Positions 1 through 9,544 of a stretch of DNA of 64,000 nucleotides are shown here, piece by piece (position 1 is the first letter of the stretch; every line of letters starts with the position of its first letter). Source of the DNA: Candidatus Aenigmatarchaeota archaeon (GTDB taxonomy: Archaea; Aenigmatarchaeota; Aenigmatarchaeia; GW2011-AR5); the NCBI GenBank assembly GCA_016187335.1, contig JACPJW010000001.1:64001-128000 (forward strand). The letters are read 5' to 3'. The position numbers and the translations under genes are program-made. The notes beneath the pieces are model-generated. The model saw nothing but the letters and a program-made list of their open reading frames with translations, was not told the origin of the DNA and searched no databases.

Positions 1-258
1 GAAACGAAGTTTCTGTTTGCAACGATTTTTGCGAAGCAAAAAGGGTTGAAAGAAAGAGGGGCGGCCGGCAAGGGGACTTGAATTTTAGGTTCTTGTCCTC
101 AAACCAGCCGCCGTCTTTCGTGGGGTGTGGTCAGTATCAGGGTGAAAATCCAACAGGCGTTTCTGCGCTGTCTGGACCTATCATCGCTGTTTTCTGGACA
201 GCGAAGGAATCTCAGAAAATTTTATTTCCCGAGATGGATGATGACATTTCCGTCTTTG

Positions 259-1572
259 CTATTTCTTCAATATTTTGATTCCGAGCTCTTTTTCCAGTGA
301 TTCCTGCTTCCTCGGCAGGGAGCCCATGATGTACGGCGATTTGACGCCCGTGATGATGGTGATGACCTGGACCTTGTGCGCAAATTCCGGCAGTATGCGC
401 GCGCCCCAGATTACCTGCGCGCTCGGGTCCAGCTGCGACTGCACGTAGTTGCCTATCCTGTTCACTTCCTCCAGGCGCAAATCAGGCCCGCCCGTAACGT
501 GAACCATTGCTCCCTTTGCGCCGTTGTAGTCGACGTTGAGCAGCGGGTGGTTCATGGCTCGCTGCACCGCAAGCTCAGCGCGGTCCTCGTCCTCGGCATT
601 CCCTACGCCGATAGCGGCAACGCCTCCGTAGCGCATTATGGCCTTCACGTCGGCGTAATCCAGGTTGATGAGGGACGGCTCGTAGATGGTCTCTGTTATC
701 CCTTTTATCATTGAAGCAATCAGCCCGTCAGCAATGCCGAAAGCAGTCTTGAGCGGCAGGCTCTTGCCTAATTCAAGCAGTCGCTGGTTTTCTATGGCGA
801 TTACGGTGTCGCAGCTCTGGCGCAGCGCAACCAGGCCCTCTTCGGCTTTGACGGCGCGGGCGCCTTCCAGCTTGAGCGGCAACGTCACTGCAGCAATAAC
901 TATGGCGCCGGCATCCTTGGCAAATTTTGAGATAACAGGCGCGGCTCCCGTTCCTGTTCCGCCGCCGAGTCCGCATGTCACAAAAACCAGGTCTGTGTCC
1001 GCGAGCAGCTCCTTCAGTTCTCTTTTATTTTCCATGGCGGCGTTCTTGCCGACATCCGGATATCCGCCGGCTCCCAGGCCCTTTGTCAGGTTTTTTCCGA
1101 TAAGCACCTTCTGCTGCGCCTTCGTTATGTGAAGGTGTTTTGCGTCAGTATTGACAGCCACGGTCATCGCCCCGCTCACGCCCTTTTCGGTCAGCGCGGT
1201 TATGGTGTTGTTCCCTGCGCCGCCGACGCCGATGACCAGGATGCGCGCCTTGAACGCTTGGAATTCTTGCACATTATCAAAAGTAAGCCCGCTGTTCTTC
1301 TTCGGCTCTGGTGGAACCTGCTCTACCACGGGTTCTGCTATGGGTTCTGCTGCAGGCTCTATAGAAATAGGCTCATTTTGTACAGCCGGTTGTGCTTCTT
1401 GCATATCAGGAACTACAACTTCTTGTATTTCTGCAGCAGGAAGTGTTTCCTGGCTTTCAGCAGAAAAAACCTCTTGAACAGGTTCAGCTGGCCCTGCTGC
1501 CGGCACTGACGCTTCCGCATTTTCAGCAGCCGCAGCCTCGGTATTTTCTGTTATTTTTTCTTCCTCGGACAT
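259..1572 (-). CDS. ftsZ: Cell division protein FtsZ with ~95-aa acidic/Pro-rich N-terminal extension
   Basis: GVGGAGNN, VNTDAKHL and GLGGGTGTG tubulin signature, NLDYADV. Start set at ATG 1572 (MSEEEK); the ORF track extends to 1749. Confidence 0.95.
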   Translation of the reverse strand: MSEEEKITENTEAAAAENAEASVPAAGPAEPVQEVFSAESQETLPAAEIQEVVVPDMQEAQPAVQNEPISIEPAAEPIAEPVVEQVPPEPKKNSGLTFDNVQEFQAFKARILVIGVGGAGNNTITALTEKGVSGAMTVAVNTDAKHLHITKAQQKVLIGKNLTKGLGAGGYPDVGKNAAMENKRELKELLADTDLVFVTCGLGGGTGTGAAPVISKFAKDAGAIVIAAVTLPLKLEGARAVKAEEGLVALRQSCDTVIAIENQRLLELGKSLPLKTAFGIADGLIASMIKGITETIYEPSLINLDYADVKAIMRYGGVAAIGVGNAEDEDRAELAVQRAMNHPLLNVDYNGAKGAMVHVTGGPDLRLEEVNRIGNYVQSQLDPSAQVIWGARILPEFAHKVQVITIITGVKSPYIMGSLPRKQESLEKELGIKILKK

Positions 1573-1926
1573 GGTTCTCCCACGGTTGTATATAACCGAA
1601 AATATACTTTCAGGCATCAAAAACTTCTTTTTAACCCCGTGATATATTCCCATGTCCAAAGAATTAGTCCAAACGGTAAATATTTCCAAATTCGCTAGAA
1701 AATGTCCCAATTGTCCAACCGATTGTCCAGATCGGAAGTGCAATAACATTACGTCCCTGTCCAGGGGATGTAACTGATTCTTTTTTCTTTACCCAAGTTA
1801 AAAAGGATTTGTTTACTGGAGCATATATGTTAAATTGGCGGGTGGTTTCCTGTTTTATTCTGAATGTTAACCTACGCGAGTTGTAAGGGAAGAGTAGCTT
1901 AACGGAACAGAAAGATGTAAATATAA

Positions 1927-2499
1927 TTAATCCTCTTTCTCTAACCATGCTGTCTTGTTTTTTCCGTCGATTATCAGCTTGAAGCCGTGTTCAACAAGAA
2001 AGTTGATACCTATGAGATTAGGGGATTCAATACTTCCGTCCGTGTTTTCAATTGTGTCTCGTGTTGCCTTAAGCTCTTTAAAGCGCATCACATGAACACC
2101 TTCTTTACCATCATCATTTATTTTCTTGACCCAAAGAGTAACGTTTCGGACATAACCCATTTTGAACGGAGTTTCACCCCAGTAAATCAAATCCTTTTTT
2201 GTTCGGTATCTTATCGGTAAATTAAGTCTTTGGGAATCAGCGCCACCAATAAATGTCGTTGGGCTTCCGGTATAAACATAATCCACCGACTAAAGTCGGT
2301 GGTATTTTGGAGAAATACCACATATCTTATTTGTGGATTATGTTATACAGAACATACCACTCATAATACCACCATCTGAAGATAGGTGGTATGTTCTTGT
2401 ATCAATGGCAAAAAACAATCTACCCATTTTACCCATTCTTTCACAAAGCATTACACAGGAAAAGCCGATTTCATCTGTAAAAATCAGGGGGATCTTCAT
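1927..2499 (-). pseudogene. Retropepsin-like (clan AA) aspartic protease interrupted at its DTG motif by a 129-nt palindromic insert
   Basis: Joining 2499-2399 to 2269-1927 gives a 147-aa ORF with FFAIDTGSPTTFIG and C-terminal LIGINFL. The insert carries in-frame TAA and TAG. Lies downstream of a DUF5678-like gene. Confidence 0.8.
2270..2398. mobile_element. Non-autonomous palindromic (REPIN/MITE-like) insertion made of two nested hairpin modules
   Basis: GTATAAACATAATCCAC...GTGGATTATGTTATAC (2270-2348) containing CCACCGACTAAAGTCGGTGG; AGAACATACCAC...GTGGTATGTTCT (2349-2397); GTAT repeated at both junctions. Confidence 0.7.
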
Positions 2500-2508
2500 A
2501 CTATATGT

Positions 2509-2757
2509 TTACCAGATAACAACAAAATCCTTTTCGGGTATGAATTTTATAACAAGCTCTGCCGGATTTTCTCCTCTTTTCTTAAGTTTTTTAATTAATT
2601 TATCTAGTTTCTTATCAGTTTCAATAACTTTCCCATCTTTAACTGCAACATATTCGTTCTTGTATTCTTTTCTTACGGCCTCTTTATTTTCTGTAAGCCA
2701 AAGAAAATCCTTTTCGAACGCTTTTAGTGATTCTAGAATTTGTGCCTCCTCTTCCAT
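2509..2757 (-). CDS. DUF5678-like small protein
   Basis: WLxENxxxxRKEYKNEYVAVKDGKVI pattern recognised by eye; this family is typically upstream of aspartyl-protease-like genes. Confidence 0.65.
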   Translation of the reverse strand: MEEEAQILESLKAFEKDFLWLTENKEAVRKEYKNEYVAVKDGKVIETDKKLDKLIKKLKKRGENPAELVIKFIPEKDFVVIW

Positions 2758-2981
2758 TGGCGTTCCCTCTCGACCACTTTATTTTATTTGATTTTCCGTG
2801 ATATATAAGCGTAGTTTTATATTTTTCTTATTAAACCACAAGATACTTAAGCCGCTACCGCTCGCCAAGCTTACCGCTCCAAAAACCCTTTATCATCACT
2901 CGTTTCTTGAACGATAATGCTGGAGAATATATGTTAATCAGCCTCATAAGGGTGCTTTGCACAAAAATTTTGCCTTAGAAT

Positions 2982-4121
2982 CTAAACCCTGCTTTCCAGG
3001 CTGAACAGCACAGGCGCCAGAACTACCGTCAGCACGATGAACGATATCAGGATGGTGTAAATCTCACTGCTTATCAGGCCTTTCGTCAGCGCCACCTGCG
3101 AAATGACTATGCCGTACTCGCCGCGCGGTATCATGCCGACGGCGAAAATCCTCTGCGCCCTTCCGTCAAAGCCCGCGTAGCGCGACAAATAGCCGGAGCC
3201 GACAGCCTTTGCAGCGACGCCTGCGAAAAGTATGAGAAGTATGGTGTCGTAGTGCCTGAACATCGTAGGTATGTCAATGAAGACGGCGCTGTAGGCGAAG
3301 AACACGGGGATTATGAAATATCCCAGCGTGTTTATTTTAGGGGTGATCAGCGAATCCTTCAGCTCGCTCCTGCTCAAAGCCATGCCGGCAAGGAACGCCC
3401 CGCTTATCGCCGCCAGGTGGATTGATTCGCTGACAAAGGCGACGATGAAGACTATAGCCATCGGTATGGCAAGAAAAACCCCCTCGTCGTGCATCACTGT
3501 GAACATGTTGACGAAGCGGTTGATTATCTTGTCGCCCACTGCGTATATCAGGAATATGAATCCCAGAATAGCAAAGAAAAGCTTTGCCACGCCGTACAGG
3601 GAAATGCCCGCTCCTGAAAAGAATGCCACAAGCAGCGACAATGCAAGGATGGCTATTATGTCGTCAGCTATTGCCATTATGGCAAACACTTTGCCCATGC
3701 GCGTGTGATACTGCCCCCTGTCAATGAGTATTTTCAGCGGTATTGCCGTGCTCGTTGAAATCATCGCGACGCCGACCACGATGCCGGTTTTCCAGTCAGC
3801 GAAAATCAGGTCGCCCATCAGAAAGCCTGCCATGAACGTGAGCAAAGCCCCGCTGAAGGCAAGAGCGGAGCCGGTGTAAATGTCCCTCTGCAGATCCTCG
3901 AATTTCGTTTCCATGCCTATGAGGAACGCAAGAATCATGATGCCCAGAAGAGAAAATATCTCCAGAGCCCCGCTGGGATGAACCAGGCCGAGGACAGGCC
4001 CGGCAATAAGTCCTGCAGAAATCTGTCCCACAAGCGGGCTCATTCTCATCCTGCGGGTTATTTCCCCGAGGACGGTCGCGAGAAGTATTATCGTGCCCAG
4101 GTCCAGCAGCAGCTCGGACAT
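2982..4121 (-). CDS. Cation:proton antiporter (CPA2, Kef/NapA type)
   Basis: About 12 TM helices; GQISAGLIAGP, AIADDI, GAFLAG and GMIPRGEYG motifs. Confidence 0.9.
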   Translation of the reverse strand: MSELLLDLGTIILLATVLGEITRRMRMSPLVGQISAGLIAGPVLGLVHPSGALEIFSLLGIMILAFLIGMETKFEDLQRDIYTGSALAFSGALLTFMAGFLMGDLIFADWKTGIVVGVAMISTSTAIPLKILIDRGQYHTRMGKVFAIMAIADDIIAILALSLLVAFFSGAGISLYGVAKLFFAILGFIFLIYAVGDKIINRFVNMFTVMHDEGVFLAIPMAIVFIVAFVSESIHLAAISGAFLAGMALSRSELKDSLITPKINTLGYFIIPVFFAYSAVFIDIPTMFRHYDTILLILFAGVAAKAVGSGYLSRYAGFDGRAQRIFAVGMIPRGEYGIVISQVALTKGLISSEIYTILISFIVLTVVLAPVLFSLESRV

Positions 4122-4240
4122 GAAAGTAATTACGCCGCTTCAATATTAAAAGAAAGGGCTCGGGACGGCAGTAAAACAGGAATTTTTGACAAATTCACCA
4201 CTTAATCATAGTTTAAATTTCTAACGGTTAATGACAAAAC

Positions 4241-5086
4241 ATGGCAGACCTTGCATACAGGCTTGCAGAGCATGAAAGAATACTAAGAAGGCACGAACAA
4301 CTTCTGCAAGTAATTGCCACTATGCGTGGATACGAAGAATATTTGGAAGATCATTCTCATTACAGGGATGAAGTTGACATTTTAACAGACGGTGCTACGG
4401 TCAAGAAGAGACGCAAAGTCGCGCAGAAAATCCTTCCAATAGTTTTTAGAAGTCCGGAACCATTGCGAATATACAGGCGCGAACCCATTTCGCATCCGAA
4501 ATTCGGAAATCCTCTCAGATGGTTAGAAAATAATTTGCAAGAAATGGGCTATCCGAAAAGTATCATGGAACTTATTGATTTGATAGAGGTTGCTTACGGC
4601 GTGATTTACAATTCATGGGACGTGAGGACTACCGGACCTTACCCAGGCAGGCGCATTCCTTTGGGAAAAAGGGAAAGAATAGGAGGGGACAATGACCTGT
4701 TCGGTATATGGAAAGCATTGAACGGCGTGGATGAGCCTGTATACATGGCCGGAATCGATTTAAGATCTGCAGCAGGTTTTCACAGGAAAGGCGTTCAGGC
4801 GGTTGTTTCCGGATTCAACACAATAAAGCATGCAGATTTTCTAAGTGAACTGCAGGAAATCGGTGGATATGCCCGCGATCTGCGCTGGCAATATGGCTAT
4901 AGAAGCCTGGAACCTGATGATGAATTGTCACCGAAAGAAGTCAGAAAAATGTTAAAAACGATTTCAGATATAGGCGAAACTCAGCTCAAGGGAGAAAAAC
5001 CAGGCGAAGAATTCAGAGAGCTTATGGCAAGCGGATTAAGAATAACGCATGATTTGGTCACAGATGCCTGGTTCGTGAGAAGCTGA
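4241..5086 (+). CDS. Hypothetical protein, 281 aa
   Basis: Long open frame filling an intergenic gap, AT-rich upstream region, no recognisable motif. Confidence 0.6.
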   Translation: MADLAYRLAEHERILRRHEQLLQVIATMRGYEEYLEDHSHYRDEVDILTDGATVKKRRKVAQKILPIVFRSPEPLRIYRREPISHPKFGNPLRWLENNLQEMGYPKSIMELIDLIEVAYGVIYNSWDVRTTGPYPGRRIPLGKRERIGGDNDLFGIWKALNGVDEPVYMAGIDLRSAAGFHRKGVQAVVSGFNTIKHADFLSELQEIGGYARDLRWQYGYRSLEPDDELSPKEVRKMLKTISDIGETQLKGEKPGEEFRELMASGLRITHDLVTDAWFVRS

Positions 5087-5128
5087 TTTTTTAAATCAAT
5101 TTATAAATTCCTTCTCAAATAAACAACC

Positions 5129-5773
5129 ATGCGCGTTACTCTTCTTTTGATACTCGCTGCTGTTGCCGTTTTCTTCTATACGTTTCTTTCCGGCAGTCCC
5201 GGATTCGTTCTTGACACCTACGGCTTCTCCGGAAAAAATTTTGTTGCAAATCCTTACGTGATGCTGACGTCAATATTCCTTCATGCTTCGCTGCAGCATC
5301 TTCTCGCCAACGTTCTTGTATGGCTCTTCGCCGGCGGCGCAGTGGAGAGCGAAGTGGGCGCGCTGAGAATGCTGGCAATTTTCCTTTTGGGCGCTTTTAT
5401 GGGAAATATCTTCTCGCTGGTTTTCTACGGCCCTGACATTGTCGGCGTCGGCGCGTCCGCTGGGATTTTTGCTTTATTAGGCGCGGGAATGCTGCTGCGC
5501 CCGCTTGACCTGTCTTTTTATCCTTTAGTCATCCCTATACCGCTCGCCATGCTCGGGCTCGGCTACGCTTTGTACAACGTGTACGGCTTTGTAGCAAATT
5601 TAGAGCCGAATGTTTCATACGTCGGCCACTTCGGTGGCCTGTTCGTAGGATTGTTCTACGGATTCAGTAAGAAAGGCGTCGCGGAAGGGATGAAGATTAT
5701 TTTCATTACGCTCGCGGTCATGCTGCTGATACCGCTGCTGTGGCTCGTGGCAAAGGCATATTTCGGGCTTTGA
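5129..5773 (+). CDS. Rhomboid family intramembrane serine protease
   Basis: IFLHASLQHLLAN, GVGASAG (catalytic Ser), GHFGG (catalytic His). Confidence 0.92.
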   Translation: MRVTLLLILAAVAVFFYTFLSGSPGFVLDTYGFSGKNFVANPYVMLTSIFLHASLQHLLANVLVWLFAGGAVESEVGALRMLAIFLLGAFMGNIFSLVFYGPDIVGVGASAGIFALLGAGMLLRPLDLSFYPLVIPIPLAMLGLGYALYNVYGFVANLEPNVSYVGHFGGLFVGLFYGFSKKGVAEGMKIIFITLAVMLLIPLLWLVAKAYFGL

Positions 5774-5810
5774 TCAATTTTCTGTGCACGCTTTCTTTTC
5801 CGTCCACGCT

Positions 5811-5840
5811 TTTTTGATCAAACTTTTTCTAAAAGTTTGA
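5811..5840. repeat. Dispersed TTTTGAT-hairpin repeat (representative copy)
   Basis: TTTTTGATCAAACTTTTTCTAAAAGTTTGA. Similar copies at about 11086, 12468-12525 (tandem pair), 13620, 14900, 14955, 15105, 17054, 17515, 17690, 19284, 19888, 23384, 35467, 40177, 40263, 40325, 40355, 49658 and 59203. Confidence 0.9.
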
Positions 5841-5911
5841 TAGGGTGCAAGGTATTTCCGTTTCTGAACCCGCCAAGAAACTTATAAAGCAGACTTCACC
5901 AATAATCAATC

Positions 5912-6913
5912 ATGCGCGGCATAACCCCGGTCGTAGCAATAATACTTCTTTTACTCATAACAATCTCCATGGTCGGATTCGCTTTCATGTTCTTCACGCG
6001 CACGGCTCAGACATCCGCAGAAAGCGGCGAGGAGCAGCTGGAACAGCAGCTGCAGCAGGCTTCCGGGCAGTTCTCCATAGAAGGCACATCGCCTTCCGCG
6101 CAGGTTTACGTCAGGAACCGCGGTTCGGCTCCGCTGGCAAATTTCAGCGTTTACGTTGATGATGCGCTGGTGCAGTTTTCTGCTGTTGGCGTGCCGCCGG
6201 GATCCATCGGCTCGATAAACATTACGACCCAGCTGAGCGCGGGAACGCATAGGGTGAAAGTATGCACCGCATCGTTGTGCGACAGCTACGCGCTTGTTAG
6301 GGATACATTAGGCGACGGGCTTGTCCTTTACCTGCCCATGAACGAAGGCAGCGGCTCATCCACCGCGGACGCGAGCGGCACAGGCAACAACGGCGCGATT
6401 TCCGGCGCGACATGGACATCAGGAAAGAGCGGCAGCGCCCTGCAGTTCGACGGGACGGATGACATGGTCCAGACCGGGACGAACCGCATGACGAAGGAAG
6501 CATTTACGCTTTCGTTCTGGATAATGCCCTTTTCCGTGCAGGACGGTGGCATCTATTTTATGTCCCCCATCCAAGGCGACTACGCTACACGCATGCGCGT
6601 GACGCCGTCCGGTCAGGTATGCTCCGGGGTAATGTGGATTACTGACTGGTGCTACCAGGCGAACTACTCGATAAACACATGGCATCATTTCGCCGTCACA
6701 AGGCAATCCAACGAGACATGGACAGTCTACTTCAACGGCGTTCCTGTCAGAAGCGCTTTCCTGGAAACTCTGCCGCTATTGACAGGTTCGTTTATCGGAA
6801 GGTATGGGGACGGCTCGACATGGCATTATTTCAACGGCAAGATAGACGAGGCGCGCGTTTACAACCGCTCGCTTTCATCGGCAGAAATAAGCCAGCTGTA
6901 CGCAAAGGGATAA
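5912..6913 (+). CDS. Type IV pilin-like protein with C-terminal LamG/concanavalin-A-like domain
   Basis: Class III signal MRG/ITPVVAIILLL; LamG motifs LVLYLPMNEG, ALQFDGTDD, WHHFAVT, FNGKIDEARVYNRSLS. Confidence 0.88.
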   Translation: MRGITPVVAIILLLLITISMVGFAFMFFTRTAQTSAESGEEQLEQQLQQASGQFSIEGTSPSAQVYVRNRGSAPLANFSVYVDDALVQFSAVGVPPGSIGSINITTQLSAGTHRVKVCTASLCDSYALVRDTLGDGLVLYLPMNEGSGSSTADASGTGNNGAISGATWTSGKSGSALQFDGTDDMVQTGTNRMTKEAFTLSFWIMPFSVQDGGIYFMSPIQGDYATRMRVTPSGQVCSGVMWITDWCYQANYSINTWHHFAVTRQSNETWTVYFNGVPVRSAFLETLPLLTGSFIGRYGDGSTWHYFNGKIDEARVYNRSLSSAEISQLYAKG

Positions 6914-6916
6914 ATA

Positions 6917-7675
6917 ATGAAAAAGGGAATTACGCCCATTATAGCTATAATCTTGTTATTGCTCATCACGATTTCCATGGTCGGATTCGCTTTCATGTTC
7001 TTCACTCGCACGGCGCAGACGTCCGCGGAAAGCGGCGAGGAGCAGTTGCAGCAGCAGATTTCGCAAGCGGCTGTTAGTTTCAAGATTGAATCCGCGGCTT
7101 CCAACAAAATTTACGTGCGTAATCTTGGCGGTGAAAGCATCAACGCATCGGTATTCGGCGTATACGCTGGCGACATGCCGGTGACATTTTCAGGTCCCGC
7201 AACGATATCCCCCAACGCAGTGGGCGAACTGGCGCTTTTCAGGCATCTTTCCGGTACTCATGTTTTAAGGATTGAAAGCGGCGTCAAAAGCGATTTCATT
7301 ACCGCAAATTTCGGCCCGTGCCCTTCAGGCTGGATTGAATATGACAGTCATTGCTATAAAACAGCGGGATCCGGCGTATGGAACAGCGTGGAATCGGAAT
7401 GCCTCTCCAATAACGCGCACCTTGCGACGATAAGCAATGCGTCTGAAAATTCGTTCGTGAAAAGTCTGTGGCCGCTGAACGATGATGTATGGATAGGATA
7501 TAATGACATGTCCCAGGAAGGAACATTCAGATGGGCCAGCGGGTCATCGTCTTACCTGAACTGGGCAGCCGGGGAGCCCGATAATACAGCGGACAAGGAC
7601 TGCGTTGAAATCACAGCCAGCGGCGCGTGGCAGGTCCGGGGATGCTTCAATTATTTCGTCGGCGTGTGCGAGTAA
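6917..7675 (+). CDS. Type IV pilin-like protein with C-terminal C-type lectin domain
   Basis: MKKG/ITPIIAIILLL; CPSGWIEYDSHCY, HLATISNASENSFV, VWIGYND, FRW, WAAGEPDN, DCV and final VCE match the CTLD Cys/WIG pattern. Confidence 0.88.
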   Translation: MKKGITPIIAIILLLLITISMVGFAFMFFTRTAQTSAESGEEQLQQQISQAAVSFKIESAASNKIYVRNLGGESINASVFGVYAGDMPVTFSGPATISPNAVGELALFRHLSGTHVLRIESGVKSDFITANFGPCPSGWIEYDSHCYKTAGSGVWNSVESECLSNNAHLATISNASENSFVKSLWPLNDDVWIGYNDMSQEGTFRWASGSSSYLNWAAGEPDNTADKDCVEITASGAWQVRGCFNYFVGVCE

Positions 7676-7677
7676 TC

Positions 7678-8172
7678 TTACTCATATTTCCTCAGAAATT
7701 CCTCCAGTTCCTTCCTGGTCCACCACGCAAAGCTGCCGGGGATTTTGTTTTTGCTGAAAAATACAATTTCTGTAATCTTGCCGCTTTTTTCCGGTATCCT
7801 GTCAACTTCAGCAATCACGTGCGGGATTATGGCCCATTGACCGTCTTTTTCCTGGAGGACCGAGTCAATGGCAACAACACGCCATTTTCTTACATTAACA
7901 CCTGCCTGTGCTTTCACAATTCTCTTTATGCATTTCTCCACGGATTCGCCGTAGCGTATAAGGTTGTGGCAGAAGTACAGGAGGCCCTCTGGATGATCAG
8001 CTGCGTGAGGAGGCAGTTCATGTTCCGGAATTCCCTTAGGCCTGCGCAGGGCTATGTACTTGTTTTTTCTTTTCAGCAGGATCTCGAATGTTACGTGCGT
8101 CCCGCCTTTCACCTGCCTAGGCAAAGGCAGCCCAAAATTCGCTTCATTGTTTTTCCAACGGTACTCGAACAT
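7678..8172 (-). CDS. Nudix-fold protein with degenerate Nudix box
   Basis: GESVEKCIKRIVKAQAGV resembles the Nudix box but lacks the catalytic Glu residues. Start set at MFEYR. Confidence 0.5.
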   Translation of the reverse strand: MFEYRWKNNEANFGLPLPRQVKGGTHVTFEILLKRKNKYIALRRPKGIPEHELPPHAADHPEGLLYFCHNLIRYGESVEKCIKRIVKAQAGVNVRKWRVVAIDSVLQEKDGQWAIIPHVIAEVDRIPEKSGKITEIVFFSKNKIPGSFAWWTRKELEEFLRKYE

Positions 8173-8182
8173 TCTTATCAGC

Positions 8183-9424
8183 TCACACAGCAACAGGGCT
8201 CGCTCCCGCGTGCCATGATTGCCTCGTTCGCATGCGCACCTTGTAAATTCTTTCCGAATTGTCGTCGAGAATGATAGCAACGCCCTTGAGCTTAGGAAGC
8301 TCCGAGATGTACTTGCCGATGTCGTAGAGCATGTATGTCTGCATTATCGAGCGCAGCGCGTCTATATCTGATTTAGCTGTTAACTGGTGGGAAACAATCA
8401 GGTCGCACTGCGCCAGCGCGTCGGGATGCAGCTTTTCCGGCCGCTGCGTCGCCAAAACCAGAGTGACGCCGGGCTGCCTGCCTTCCTTGACAATTCTGTT
8501 GAGCACTTCAGTAGCCGCGGTGCTGCCTTCGCTGGGCAAAAAGTTGTGGGCCTCGTCAATGAGAATCCACGGCATCGGTATCCTTTTCAGCGATGACAAT
8601 TCTATTTCCGCCAGCTCCTCCTGCCTTCTTGCCAGAATCCTTTCTTCCAGAACCTTTTCGCACACCAGCGATACAAGAAGCGCCCTTACGTTCTGCGGCG
8701 TCAGACTAACGTCTATAACAGTCAGCTTGCCAGGCTCCAGCACTTCAGGCATTTTTGAATCGCCGAAGATGCCCCAGAGCTTTGCTGCCTCGAAATAATT
8801 TTCCAGCGACAGTTTTTCTGTGCCAAACCCTTCCTGCGATTTCACGGTGGATATTATATCATCGATGCCGAACTTTCCTTTCAGTTTCTTGAAAGCGCGC
8901 TGCAGCAGGATGCCCAGGGTTTCGTTTGCAGCAAGACCAAAAACGTTGAGCCAGTCCTCTGCGCTGAATTCAGAAGGGTGCAGCGAAAACGTAGAATCGT
9001 ATTCAACGCCTGCTGATGAGAATATGCTCTCCTGCCCTTCTGGAACGTAAACGTTCACGGGAAATCCCTGGGGCTTCATTCCCCAGTCCTTCAGCAGCAC
9101 CAATTCTTTTTCGTTCGGCGACTTCATGGTCCAGAAAATTCCCTGCGTGTCGATGATTAGGCAGCAGAGATTATTGCGCACTTTCTCGGGCAGCTTGTGG
9201 ATTTCTTCGACGAAAACTCCGAGCGAAAAACTTTTGCCCGCGCCACGTTTGCCCGTCAGGCATATGATGTGGGGACGCAGGACATCAAGCAGCACGGGCG
9301 TCGTAAGGTGCGATTCCTCGCCCGTGCCCACAAGGTGCTTGCCGATGTATATCGTTCCTTCGCTGCCGTATTTCCGCAGGTCTTCCTCGTCGCGTCCCAC
9401 AACAATCTCGGGCATAAAAACCAT
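8183..9424 (-). CDS. HerA/FtsK-superfamily (DUF87-type) ATPase without HAS barrel
   Basis: Walker A GKRGAGKS, Walker B ILIDEAHNF, KEGRQPG, ATQRP. Confidence 0.85.
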   Translation of the reverse strand: MVFMPEIVVGRDEEDLRKYGSEGTIYIGKHLVGTGEESHLTTPVLLDVLRPHIICLTGKRGAGKSFSLGVFVEEIHKLPEKVRNNLCCLIIDTQGIFWTMKSPNEKELVLLKDWGMKPQGFPVNVYVPEGQESIFSSAGVEYDSTFSLHPSEFSAEDWLNVFGLAANETLGILLQRAFKKLKGKFGIDDIISTVKSQEGFGTEKLSLENYFEAAKLWGIFGDSKMPEVLEPGKLTVIDVSLTPQNVRALLVSLVCEKVLEERILARRQEELAEIELSSLKRIPMPWILIDEAHNFLPSEGSTAATEVLNRIVKEGRQPGVTLVLATQRPEKLHPDALAQCDLIVSHQLTAKSDIDALRSIMQTYMLYDIGKYISELPKLKGVAIILDDNSERIYKVRMRTRQSWHAGASPVAV

Positions 9425-9544
9425 CCATTAAGGTGAAAGCAGTTGCTCTTTCTACTTGCTTATTTATACTTTACGTTAAATAAAAATCAATACAAAAGTC
9501 GGGGCGGTTGCCTAAGCCGTTCCGTTTTTGCTTTGGTGATTTTC

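Noticed and set aside
1573-1948. FtsZ extension to 1749 and ORF 1664-1948
   Set aside because: AT-rich intergenic sequence with no protein-like composition; ATG 1572 is the more plausible start.
2270-2398. Protease insert as a BHB intron
   Set aside because: All five possible junction registers were tested by hand; none gives a valid central plus inner helix.
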